From Candidatus Limivicinus sp. (lineage in GTDB: Bacteria; Bacillota; Clostridia; Oscillospirales; Oscillospiraceae): a stretch of 64,000 bases of DNA. Shown here one piece after another: positions 44,938 to 53,882 of the stretch (the stretch's first letter is position 1; every line of letters begins with the position of its first letter). A program made the position numbers and the translations under genes. Location: assembly GCA_051866735.1 (NCBI GenBank), contig JBJDXP010000014.1:9374-73373 (forward strand), in the 5' to 3' direction. A model generated the notes under the pieces. That model did no database searches. It was not told the origin of the DNA and was given only the letters and a program-made list of their open reading frames with translations.

Positions 44938-46224
44938 TTATCCATAAATCAGATTGGGAAGGAAGGTAACAATACCCGGGAATATCGCCATGATCAGGCA
45001 CACGCTGAGCATACACAAAATAAACGCCCAGCCGTATTTACAAAATTGCGGGATACTGACATTGGTCAGGTTGCAGGTAACGTACATCAGCGTGCCGAAG
45101 GGCGGGGTAAGGCAGCCGCAGTACAGGTTGACCAGCATGATCATGCCGAACTGGATCAGGTCGATCCCATAGCTCTGCGCGATGGGATAAAACAGCGGGG
45201 TAAGGATCATCAGAAGGGCCGTGCCGTCCAGGAACATGCCCAGGATGAACACGATCACCTGAGACAGGAACAGGAACATCCATTTGCTTGTGGAAACACC
45301 CATCATCCACTCTGCCATCATGTGGGGGATACGCTCCCAGGACAGATACATGCTGAAGCCGCAGGCGGACACGATGATCAGCATGACATTCGCCGTCGAG
45401 CGGAAGGCGTCCTTCATGATCGGTTTGAAATGCCGGGGCTTCAGTGAGCGGTAGATCAGGCCGATCACAATGGCCAGGATGATCAGGACTGTACCGCCCT
45501 CAGTGGCGGTAAAGAAGCCTGTGCGCAGTCCGACGATCATAAAAATGGGGACAAGCATGGCCCAAAACGCGTTGAGGATGGAGCGGAAGAGCTCTTTTCC
45601 GCTGGCGCGGGTATCACGGGCGCTCTTCCAGTGATACTTGTGGGCATAAACGGAGCAGACCAGCATCATGCCTATGCAGAGCATAATTCCCGGCACATAC
45701 CCGGCGACCCACATTTTTCCCACGGAAACGCCGGTCATGATGCCGTAAAGGATCAGCGGCACACCGGGAGGGATGATGGGGGTGATCAGCGAGGAGGCCG
45801 CGGTGACAACCGTACTGAAGGCCCGAGGATAGCCCTTTTTCTCCATTTCGGGAACCAGCAGCTTGCACTGCAGCGCAGCGTCCGCGTTTGCCGATCCGCA
45901 CATTCCGCCGTTCAGGGTGCTGAGCAAAACGTTTATGTACGCAAGTCCGCCCTCTTTATGGCCCAGAAGGCAGTCGCAGAAATCCAGCAGCTTTGATGTG
46001 ATCCCCGCGTAGTTCATGATCGCGCCGGCCAGGATAAAGAACGGCGCGGCCATCATGCTTGTGGACATGCTCTGCGTTACAATATTCTGAATGACGCTGG
46101 TGAGCGGCAGCGTCGTATTGATCACGCCAAAGTACAGAAAGGTTCCGGCAAGCAGGCATACCGGGACAGGCACGGCAAAAAACATAAGCCCGAAAGCCAG
46201 AATAACCGGCAAATAACTCATCAT
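44938..46224 (-). CDS. dctM: TRAP transporter large permease
   Basis: 428 aa and polytopic, with a DctM-type N-terminus (...MMAAPFFILAGAIMNYAGITSKLLDF). Confidence 0.9.
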   Translation of the reverse strand: MMSYLPVILAFGLMFFAVPVPVCLLAGTFLYFGVINTTLPLTSVIQNIVTQSMSTSMMAAPFFILAGAIMNYAGITSKLLDFCDCLLGHKEGGLAYINVLLSTLNGGMCGSANADAALQCKLLVPEMEKKGYPRAFSTVVTAASSLITPIIPPGVPLILYGIMTGVSVGKMWVAGYVPGIMLCIGMMLVCSVYAHKYHWKSARDTRASGKELFRSILNAFWAMLVPIFMIVGLRTGFFTATEGGTVLIILAIVIGLIYRSLKPRHFKPIMKDAFRSTANVMLIIVSACGFSMYLSWERIPHMMAEWMMGVSTSKWMFLFLSQVIVFILGMFLDGTALLMILTPLFYPIAQSYGIDLIQFGMIMLVNLYCGCLTPPFGTLMYVTCNLTNVSIPQFCKYGWAFILCMLSVCLIMAIFPGIVTFLPNLIYG

Positions 46225-46754
46225 TGCGCTTCACCCTCCTGCTCAACTTGTTTCCAATGAAACAGCTTGTAAACTTTCCGTATCATATCCACCACAGCCA
46301 GCAAGAGCAGGTGCCCATAGCCGATGGTGACGCAGATATCACAGTAAAAATAGGGGATCTTTGAAAGGACCAGCTTTTTTGTCAGAGACTTTACGGCAAG
46401 CTTCCAGGAAAAGTGTACCGCAAGAACCGCTACAACGATAATGCAGATATCGGTAATGATCCTGGCCACAGCCTGGCCTTTCGGCGGGAACAGCTTCACC
46501 ACAAAGTCCATTACGCAATGGCCATTATCTCTGTACAGCAGGCCCATTCCCACATAGGAAGCCCAGACGAGGCCAATCAGCGCCAGCTCGTCCGTCAGGC
46601 CCAGGCGGCGTCCAAAAAACCACCACGACAGAATATTTGCCCCACATAAAACCACAGCGAAAAGCAGGCCGGAACAGCCCAGCACATAGATGACCGCATC
46701 CATCCAGTCGCCGATTTTCTTCACTATTTTGTCAAGTTTTTCAATCTTTGACAT
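46221..46754 (-). CDS. dctQ: TRAP transporter small permease
   Basis: 177 aa with 4 TM segments. It overlaps dctM by ATGA and occupies the classic Q position. Confidence 0.8.
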   Translation of the reverse strand: MSKIEKLDKIVKKIGDWMDAVIYVLGCSGLLFAVVLCGANILSWWFFGRRLGLTDELALIGLVWASYVGMGLLYRDNGHCVMDFVVKLFPPKGQAVARIITDICIIVVAVLAVHFSWKLAVKSLTKKLVLSKIPYFYCDICVTIGYGHLLLLAVVDMIRKVYKLFHWKQVEQEGEAQ

Positions 46755-46874
46755 AGCAATGCCACCTTTTTGAAAGGCCCGCCTCCGTGGAGTGATAGAG
46801 GCGGGCCGGATAATTTGGGATCAAACTGATTCTTGATGAAAAGGTTTTATCGGGAATCAGTATCAGAATATCAA

Positions 46875-47945
46875 TCAGCCAAGACTGTCTTCGACCGCTT
46901 TGATCGCAGCAAGGACTTCATCGCCGCGCTCCTGTTCAAGAACCACCTGTTCGCCGTATGCTCTGAACTCCGCAAGCTCCTCTTCGGTCAGATCAACGAC
47001 AGTCACGTCATGGTCGGCGTAAGCGGGGTAGATCTCGGTCTCTTCCTGCTCAACACAGGCGGCCGTTGCCACCTTGCCCCAGTTCCCGAGAACTTCATCA
47101 ATAATCTCGCGGTACTCCTCGGGGATAGAGCTCCAGAATTCATAGCCGACCCACATGCCATAGCAGTCAAGGATGTGATTGGTCCTGGAGTAGTACATGG
47201 GAGACTTGGCGTCATAGAGGGAGTTGGCCGTAACCGTCAGGGGCACGCACTCAAGGCCGTCGATCGCGCCGGTCTGCAGGGCGTTGAAAACGTCGGAGAA
47301 GGACATTACCGTGTAGTTGCAGCCCATGCTGGAGAACAGCTTGACAAACACGTCGCCGGAAGAGATGCGCAGGCTGAGCTTGCGCAGGTCAGCAACGGAA
47401 TGGACCGGCTCGCTGGCATATACGCTGCGGTAGCCGATCAGGCCGTCGCAGCAGATGCAGTAGAAGCCTGCGTCAATGCACTCCTGCCGGATGCCCTGGA
47501 AATACTCGCTGTCAAAGAAGGCGGCGGCTACTTCCCTGCTGGAAAACAGGTAGGGAGAAACCAGCGTGGAGAGCACCGGGACATAGTCAACCAGATAGCT
47601 GGGCGTTGCCACCAGGATCAGGTTGGCGTTGGACATCATCGCTTCCACACCTTCTGCATAGACCAGCATCTGGCCGTCAGCATAAACCTGGATGTCTACC
47701 ATTCCGTCGGTCCGCTCGTAAATCTCCTCGGCGCAGGCCTCCAGGGCAAGAACCGTCGGGCAGCCCGTGGGGTCTGTGGTGGTCAGCTTGATCTCAATGG
47801 GATCACCCTTCGGGGCGTCGGCCGCCGGGGCCTGATCGGCGCTGCCGGCAGAGGGAGCTTCAGAGGCCGGAGCTGACGAATTTCCGCATGCACAAAGCGT
47901 GAGCAGCATGACGGCGCAGAGTAAAAAAGCAATTGTCTTTTTCAT
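46875..47945 (-). CDS. dctP: TRAP transporter substrate-binding lipoprotein
   Basis: Signal peptide with lipobox (LLTLCACGNSS) and a DctP-size periplasmic binding domain. It is the first gene of the P-Q-M order. Confidence 0.85.
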   Translation of the reverse strand: MKKTIAFLLCAVMLLTLCACGNSSAPASEAPSAGSADQAPAADAPKGDPIEIKLTTTDPTGCPTVLALEACAEEIYERTDGMVDIQVYADGQMLVYAEGVEAMMSNANLILVATPSYLVDYVPVLSTLVSPYLFSSREVAAAFFDSEYFQGIRQECIDAGFYCICCDGLIGYRSVYASEPVHSVADLRKLSLRISSGDVFVKLFSSMGCNYTVMSFSDVFNALQTGAIDGLECVPLTVTANSLYDAKSPMYYSRTNHILDCYGMWVGYEFWSSIPEEYREIIDEVLGNWGKVATAACVEQEETEIYPAYADHDVTVVDLTEEELAEFRAYGEQVVLEQERGDEVLAAIKAVEDSLG

Positions 47946-48005
47946 TTTTATTCTCCTTTACATTTTTTCCGAAATGCTTTGCATTTTGATGATAACACCC
48001 GTAAT

Positions 48006-48174
48006 TGTTGATTTCAACAGCAAAATATATCATTTATGCTGATTTCTACGAAATAAGCAAAAAAATTGCGGCTTTTAACGCAATTTCAACAAAATAATTG
48101 TCGAATTTTCGATAAAAATGGTGGTTATTTTTATAATTTTTGTTGTTTTATTCAAAAATTCTTGTATTTCAACA
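48006..48174. promoter_or_regulatory. Divergent AT-rich control region with three ATTTCAACA boxes
   Basis: ATTTCAACA occurs at 48011-48019, 48083-48091 and 48166-48174. The first is part of the palindrome TGTTGAttTCAACA. The third overlaps a TTGTAT-17-TATAAT promoter (48162-48190) for the DeoR gene. Confidence 0.35.
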
Positions 48175-48232
48175 ACTAATGTACTATAATTGACGTGTAA
48201 AATGCAAATTTTCTCTGTTTTGGAGTGAGTTT

Positions 48233-49009
48233 ATGAGTAAACTGCAAAGGCGAAACGCGATAACCGATTTTGTCAGCGAACGGGGCTACATCACGTTCAG
48301 CGAATTAAAAATGCGTTTTCCCGATGCTTCCGATATGACGCTCCGCACCGATTTGAAGGAGCTCGGCGAGCAGGGGAAGATCATACGCGTCCGGGGCGGC
48401 GCGAAGGCGGCCGTTGAGAAAGCAAAACCGGACGATTCTTTTTTCCTGCGGACCACAAGAAATCTGGAAAAGCGGCAGCAGATCGCGGTCAAGGCGGTCT
48501 CCTTTTTGAAAAAGCAGCTGGCGCTGAAGCCCACTGTGTCCATTTATCTGGACAGCGGCGTTACTATTACGGAAATCGCAAAGATCTTTCCGGACGAATG
48601 GTGTACCATTGTCACAAACAGCATCAGCTGCGCATATGAGCTGGCGGCGTTGAAGCGCCCCTCTGTGACCGTGCTCGGCGGCACGCTCAACAGATATAAC
48701 TGCAACTGTGACAGCGCGGCGAATATTGAGCTTCTGGAGCGGATGAACTTCGACCTGATGTTTATTCCCGCCGCCGGGTACTCGCCGGAAGCGGGCTTTA
48801 CCTGCGGAAAAGAGGTCATTGACGAGACAAGGGATGTGATCAAAAAGCACTCCCAGAAGATCATTGTGCCTTTTGACTCCTCAAAGATCGGCGTTGTTTA
48901 CCCCATAACCCATTCCCGCGCCAACGAGATCGACATGATTATCTCGGACGACGAGTTCCCGCCGGAGATGGCTGAGCATTTCCGGCAGATGGGAATCGAG
49001 GTGCTTTAG
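48233..49009 (+). CDS. DeoR-family transcriptional regulator
   Basis: HTH (ITFSELKMRFPDASDMTLRTDLKELGEQGKIIRVRGG) followed by a DeoR sensor domain. It is divergent from the TRAP operon. Confidence 0.88.
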   Translation: MSKLQRRNAITDFVSERGYITFSELKMRFPDASDMTLRTDLKELGEQGKIIRVRGGAKAAVEKAKPDDSFFLRTTRNLEKRQQIAVKAVSFLKKQLALKPTVSIYLDSGVTITEIAKIFPDEWCTIVTNSISCAYELAALKRPSVTVLGGTLNRYNCNCDSAANIELLERMNFDLMFIPAAGYSPEAGFTCGKEVIDETRDVIKKHSQKIIVPFDSSKIGVVYPITHSRANEIDMIISDDEFPPEMAEHFRQMGIEVL

Positions 49010-49085
49010 ACCGGAAGGCCCTGTCCCTAAGCAAAAGAAAAGCCGTTTTGAAGCAAAAAGAACAATATTGAGGAGAAAGCAGAAG

Positions 49086-49790
49086 ATGATAAAAATACTG
49101 TTTATCTGCCATGGCAATATCTGCCGCAGTCCTATGGCGGAATTTGTGATGAAAGACATCGTGAACACGGCGGGGATGGGGGACGAGTTTGCCATTGAAT
49201 CCGCCGCTACCAGCAGTGAGGAGCTGGGCAATCCGGTCTACCCCCCTACGGTCAGGAAGCTGGCCGAGCACGGCATCGGCTGCGCGGGCAAAACTGCCCG
49301 ACGGATGCGCCCGGAGGACTACCGGAACTTCGACATGCTCATCGGCATGGACGAGGAAAACCTGCGCAATATGCGCCGCCTGTTCGGCGGCGATCCGGAC
49401 GGAAAGCTCCATTTGCTGCTGGAGTTTGCGGGCCGGCCCGGCGAGGCTGTAGCCGACCCCTGGTACACCCGGGATTTTGAGGCCACCTGGCGGGATGTGG
49501 AGGCCGGCTGTCTGGGGCTTTTTGCCCTGCTGGCCGAGCCGGTGGAGCTGGATTTCTCCCACTGCACCGAAAAGCAGGAGCTTTTCCGCGAGATGCGGGA
49601 GAAAATGGACTGGCAGAAGTGGTACGGCAGCAATCTGGACGCGCTGTGGGACGTGCTCACCGGTCTGCCTTACAAGGGCAAGCATTTTATCATCCGCCTG
49701 CCCGACGCGGAGAGCGATATTGCCTCCTACACCGACAGTATCTGTGATATTTTCCGGGAAGCGGGAGTTTCTTTCGAAACTGCAAAATAA
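49086..49790 (+). CDS. Fusion protein: low-molecular-weight protein-tyrosine phosphatase + barstar-like domain
   Basis: The N-terminal part has ILFICHGNICRSPMAE (CX5R P-loop) and ...DPWY (general acid). The C-terminal part has WYGSNLDALWDVLTG, almost identical to the barstar core YGENLDALWDCLTG. The start was moved to the ATG at 49086. Confidence 0.85.
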   Translation: MIKILFICHGNICRSPMAEFVMKDIVNTAGMGDEFAIESAATSSEELGNPVYPPTVRKLAEHGIGCAGKTARRMRPEDYRNFDMLIGMDEENLRNMRRLFGGDPDGKLHLLLEFAGRPGEAVADPWYTRDFEATWRDVEAGCLGLFALLAEPVELDFSHCTEKQELFREMREKMDWQKWYGSNLDALWDVLTGLPYKGKHFIIRLPDAESDIASYTDSICDIFREAGVSFETAK

Positions 49791-49792
49791 AT

Positions 49793-49822
49793 GTTGCCAA
49801 ACCAATATAAGCCTGTTATAAT
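49793..49822 (+). promoter_or_regulatory. Promoter of the leader/ABC exporter unit
   Basis: TTGCCA (49793-49798), an 18-nt spacer, then TATAAT (49817-49822). Confidence 0.6.
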
Positions 49823-49857
49823 AACCAATGTAATTTTTTAAGAAAGGAGTCGCCAAA

Positions 49858-49920
49858 ATGTCCATCACTACCATGAATCTTATGAACAACAACTTGATCA
49901 TTAGGCGGCTCTCCATGTGA
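49858..49920 (+). CDS. 20-codon leader peptide ORF (MSITTMNLMNNNLIIRRLSM)
   Basis: The ATG is preceded by AAGGAG 7 nt upstream. The ORF ends 25 nt before a terminator hairpin. It is too short to appear in the ORF track. Confidence 0.45.
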   Translation: MSITTMNLMNNNLIIRRLSM

Positions 49921-49944
49921 TTTTTCACGGATAGGTATGTTATC

Positions 49945-49978
49945 ATGCCCGGGAGAACTGCTCTTCCGGGCATTTTTG
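49945..49978 (+). terminator. Leader terminator (putative attenuator) upstream of the ABC exporter genes
   Basis: atgcccgggag-aactg-ctcttccgggcat is followed by ttttgcg. It lies 185 nt upstream of the exporter start. Confidence 0.55.
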
Positions 49979-50163
49979 CGCGCAAATTTCCCGGTACAGG
50001 AGCATTGTAAACGCTGAAGGAGAGCCAAAAACCAGGCACGGGACACGCTTCAACCGCCGGTTGAGCCCTTGTTCCGGCTGTTCAACGGCTGCGTTATGGT
50101 TTTTTCCTCTGCCTTACCTATAAAATGAGGCGGAAGAAACGCTGCGCAGAAAAAGGAGAATCC

Positions 50164-51885
50164 ATGAAGAAAATTTTTGCTTACTTAAAACCCTACCGGG
50201 GCGGACTGATCCTGGGTATGCTGCTTATGGCCATATCCACGGTGTGTGAGCTGCTGCTGCCCGATATCATGAGCGACATTCTGAACACCGGCGTATACAA
50301 CGCGGACCTGAGCTACATTTTCCGCTGCTGCGCAAAGATGCTGGTGGTGGCCCTGGTCAGCCTTGGCTCCGTGCTGGGCGGCTGGTACATCAGCTCCAAG
50401 GTGGTGGCGGGTTTCTGCGCCGATCTGCGGCAGGGCGTTTTCCGCAAGGTAAACACCATGCGCTTTGAGGATATCAGCCGCATGGGCAGCTCCGCCCTGC
50501 TGACCCGCTCCACCCACGATGTGGGCACCCTGTCCTGGGTGGCCTCCATACTGTCCGGCAGCATCATCACCATTCCGGTGCTGTTCATCGGCGGCGTGGT
50601 GCTGGCCCTGGGCAAGGACGCGGTGCTGTCGCTGGTGCTGCTGCTGTTTATCCCTCTGGTCTTTGCCGCGGTGGTGAAAATCGGGAAGAAGATCGAGCCC
50701 CTGTGGGAGACCTCCGACAAATACATGGACAAGCAGAACGATATCGTCCGGGAGCGGCTACACGGCATCCGGGTCATCCGGGCCTTCAACAGCGAGCCGC
50801 GGGAGCACAAGCGCATTGAGGACGCCACCCAGGTCATGGCGGAAAACATTATCCGCGCCAACGTGAGCATGGGCATTATCTCTCCCCTGTCCATTGCGCT
50901 GATGAATATGGCCGTGGTGCTGATCGTGTATCTGGGCGGCTTTCGCATGGAGCGGGGCATCAGCTCCGCCAGCGGCGGCGACATTTTCGCTGTGATCCAG
51001 TACATCACCCTCATTATGAACGGCGTGGTCATGGCGGCCTTTTCCATCGTCATGTACCCCCACGCCAAGGTGGCGGCCAAGCGCATCGGCGAGGTGCTGG
51101 ATGTGGAGTCCCCGGCGGAGCCGGTGGAAGAGGAGCTGCATTTTTCCGGGGATATCCGCCTGGAAAACCTGAGCTTCGGCTACGAGGGCGCGGCGGAAAA
51201 CGCGGTCAGCGAGATCAGCCTGCATATCCGGCCCGGCCAGCAGGTGGCTGTCATCGGCGGCACGGGCAGCGGCAAATCCACGCTGGTGCAGCTGCTGATG
51301 GGCTTTCGCCGTCCCTCCGCCGGACATATCTATTTTGACGGGCGGGACAGCGTGAGCATCAGTCCCAAAACCATCCGTGAAAACATCAGCTGCGTGCTGC
51401 AAAAGGCTGCCATCTACTCCGGCAGCATACGCAAAAACATCGCCATGGGCAGACCCGGCGCCACCGACGAGGAACTGCTGGCCGCGGTGGAGATCGCCCA
51501 GATGGGAGACTATCTGGCCACCCTGCCGGAGGGTCTGGACCACGAGCTGACCCAGTCGGGCAAGAACCTGTCCGGCGGACAGAAGCAGCGGATCTGCATT
51601 GCCCGGGCGGTTTTGAAAAACGCCCCCATCTACATTTTTGACGACAGTTTTTCCGCTCTGGATTTCCTCACGGAAGCCAGGCTCCGCAAAGCGCTTTCAG
51701 AACGCACCGCGGGGAAAACCCGCATCGTCATCACCCAGCGGGTCAGCTCCGCCATGAGCTGTGACTGCATCTTCGTCATGGACAAGGGCCGCCTTGTGGA
51801 CGCGGGCAGCCACCAGGAGCTGCTGGAGCGCTGCAAAATTTATCAGGAGATCTATGTTTCCCAGACGGGAGGTGAGCGCAGATGA
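50164..51885 (+). CDS. ABC exporter half-transporter (TMD-NBD), subunit 1 of a heterodimer
   Basis: A 6-TM domain precedes the NBD, which has Walker A GGTGSGKST, the signature LSGGQKQR and Walker B IYIFDD. The start was moved to the ATG at 50164, after AAAGGAGA. Confidence 0.92.
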   Translation: MKKIFAYLKPYRGGLILGMLLMAISTVCELLLPDIMSDILNTGVYNADLSYIFRCCAKMLVVALVSLGSVLGGWYISSKVVAGFCADLRQGVFRKVNTMRFEDISRMGSSALLTRSTHDVGTLSWVASILSGSIITIPVLFIGGVVLALGKDAVLSLVLLLFIPLVFAAVVKIGKKIEPLWETSDKYMDKQNDIVRERLHGIRVIRAFNSEPREHKRIEDATQVMAENIIRANVSMGIISPLSIALMNMAVVLIVYLGGFRMERGISSASGGDIFAVIQYITLIMNGVVMAAFSIVMYPHAKVAAKRIGEVLDVESPAEPVEEELHFSGDIRLENLSFGYEGAAENAVSEISLHIRPGQQVAVIGGTGSGKSTLVQLLMGFRRPSAGHIYFDGRDSVSISPKTIRENISCVLQKAAIYSGSIRKNIAMGRPGATDEELLAAVEIAQMGDYLATLPEGLDHELTQSGKNLSGGQKQRICIARAVLKNAPIYIFDDSFSALDFLTEARLRKALSERTAGKTRIVITQRVSSAMSCDCIFVMDKGRLVDAGSHQELLERCKIYQEIYVSQTGGERR

Positions 51886-53672
51886 AGAAAAAGGCCGAAA
51901 AAAAGACCCGGGAACAGCGCCGGGAGGACAAACAGGTGATCCTTCGTATCGTCCGGGAAGCCAGGCCGATCTACGGCTGGCTGGTCCTGGCCAGTCTGAT
52001 CAGCTGCGTCATCATCACCTGCGCGGTGATGTCCCCCAAAATTCTGGGCAGCTGCGTACAGCTTTTGTACGACTTCTGGGCCGGGGCCTTTCAGGGGACC
52101 AGCCTGACCCGGGCCTTGCTCCCCGGCTGCTGCGTGCTGGCTGCGGTCTATCTGCTGCAAAGCGGCATGAACTATCTGAAAATGTACCTGCTGAACAACG
52201 TGGTCAGCCGCTATTTCACCTGTGTCCTGCGCATCCGCATGTCAGACAAGATCAGCCGCCTGCCGGTGCGCTATATCGACAACACCCCGGCCGGACAGAT
52301 CCTGGAACGGATGAACGACGATGTTTCCCATCTGGGCGGATCCATCCACGACATTGTGGACACCCTGACCGTTGGCTTTCTGCAGATCATCACCCTGTCG
52401 GTGGTGATGCTGCTGGAGGACTGGCGGCTGGCTCTGATCGTGCTGATCTTCATGCCCCTGTCCATCTGGCTCTCCGCCCGCATCTCCTCTCTCAGCGAGA
52501 AGCACTTTGACGAGATGTTTGAGGAGAGCGGCAAGCTCTACTCCGTGGTGGAGGAGAGCTATGCCAACTACCAGACCAGCAAAGCCTATAACTTCGAGGC
52601 GGACACCATCCGCGCCCATCAGGAGGTCAACCAGCGGCAGCAAAAAGCGGAGACCACCGCCAACTTTTTAGGCGCCATGGTTCGGCCCTGCATCACCTTC
52701 ACCAATGCCCTGGCCTACATCATTATCAACGTGGTGGGCGGCGTGCTCATCGTCAACTACGGCGTGTCCGTGGGCGTGGTGGTGACCATCGTGCTGTTTG
52801 CCAAGCAGTTTTCCGCTCCGCTGGAGCAGATCGCCCAGGGGCTCAGCTCCATGCAGCGGACCAAGGCCGCGGCCAAACGGGTGTTTGCGCTGCTGGACGA
52901 GCCGGAGGAGCAGCCCCTGACCGGGCATCTGCCGGAAAATATCCGGGGCGATGTTCGCTTTGAACATGTGGACTTTGCTTACAACAAAGAAACGCCCCTG
53001 ATCCGCGATCTGAACATCGACGTGAAACAGGGGCAGAAGGTGGCCATTGTAGGCCCCACCGGCGCGGGAAAAACCACCATTGTCAATCTGCTTATGCGCT
53101 TTTATGACATCGACAGCGGCAAAATACGCATCGACGGGCAGGACATATCCGATGTTTCCCGGGATGCGCTGCGCGGACTCTTTGGCATGGTGCTTCAGGA
53201 CACCTGGCTGTTCAGCGGCAGCATTGCCGACAACGTGGCCTACGGGCGGCCAGAGGCCAGCCGGGAGGAGATCATCAAGGCCTGTGACGAGGCCTATTGT
53301 GACCACTTTATCCGCACCCTGCCCCAGGGCTACGACACCCAGGTCAGCGAGGACACCGTGAGCATTTCCGGCGGTCAGAAGCAGCTTCTGACCATCGCCC
53401 GGGCCCTGCTGGCCGACCGGCGGCTGCTGATTCTGGACGAGGCCACCTCCAACGTGGACACCCGCACGGAGATTCTGATCCAGAAGGCCATGGACAAGCT
53501 GATGCGGGGCAAGACCTGTTTTGTTATCGCCCACCGTCTCTCCACCATTGTGGACGCGGATCTGATCCTGGTCCTGCGGGACGGGCAGATCGTGGAGACA
53601 GGCAAGCACCAGGAGTTACTGGACAAAAAGGGCTTTTATTATCAGCTCTATACCAGTCAGTACGCGATATAA
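51882..53672 (+). CDS. ABC exporter half-transporter (TMD-NBD), subunit 2
   Basis: GPTGAGKTT, ISGGQKQL and LLILDEATS. The start overlaps the subunit-1 stop as ATGA. Confidence 0.92.
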   Translation: MKKKAEKKTREQRREDKQVILRIVREARPIYGWLVLASLISCVIITCAVMSPKILGSCVQLLYDFWAGAFQGTSLTRALLPGCCVLAAVYLLQSGMNYLKMYLLNNVVSRYFTCVLRIRMSDKISRLPVRYIDNTPAGQILERMNDDVSHLGGSIHDIVDTLTVGFLQIITLSVVMLLEDWRLALIVLIFMPLSIWLSARISSLSEKHFDEMFEESGKLYSVVEESYANYQTSKAYNFEADTIRAHQEVNQRQQKAETTANFLGAMVRPCITFTNALAYIIINVVGGVLIVNYGVSVGVVVTIVLFAKQFSAPLEQIAQGLSSMQRTKAAAKRVFALLDEPEEQPLTGHLPENIRGDVRFEHVDFAYNKETPLIRDLNIDVKQGQKVAIVGPTGAGKTTIVNLLMRFYDIDSGKIRIDGQDISDVSRDALRGLFGMVLQDTWLFSGSIADNVAYGRPEASREEIIKACDEAYCDHFIRTLPQGYDTQVSEDTVSISGGQKQLLTIARALLADRRLLILDEATSNVDTRTEILIQKAMDKLMRGKTCFVIAHRLSTIVDADLILVLRDGQIVETGKHQELLDKKGFYYQLYTSQYAI

Positions 53673-53691
53673 TTTTTGCGCTGCCAGTCTT

Positions 53692-53783
53692 CTGTCATCC
53701 TGAAGAACGAAGTGATGAAGGATTCCGTCTGTTTATGCAGTAGCGTCTGTTTACGGGATCCTTCACTTCGTTCAGGATGACAG
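53692..53783. repeat. Long imperfect hairpin of the GTCATCCTGA repeat family
   Basis: ctgtcatcctgaagaacgaagtgatgaaggattccgt ... acgggatccttcacttcgttcaggatgacag. It is related to the copies at 63272-63364, 63381-63419 and 63547-63580. Confidence 0.8.
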
Positions 53784-53801
53784 CGTTTTTTGGCGCGGCA
53801 G

Positions 53802-53877
53802 ACGGGCGGCCACACAGGGCCGCCCCTACGGCCCGACTGAAGCAGAAGCGTAGGGGCCGCCCTGCGTGGCGGCCCGT
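53802..53877. repeat. GC-rich imperfect hairpin of about 29 bp
   Basis: acgggcggccacacagggccgcccctacg ... cgtaggggccgccctgcgtggcggcccgt, with 5 mismatches in the stem. Confidence 0.6.
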
Positions 53878-53882
53878 GCAAT

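Noticed and set aside
44206-45447. 413-aa plus-strand ORF opposite the patatin and dctM genes
   Set aside because: It is an antisense artefact spanning two real genes and their junction.
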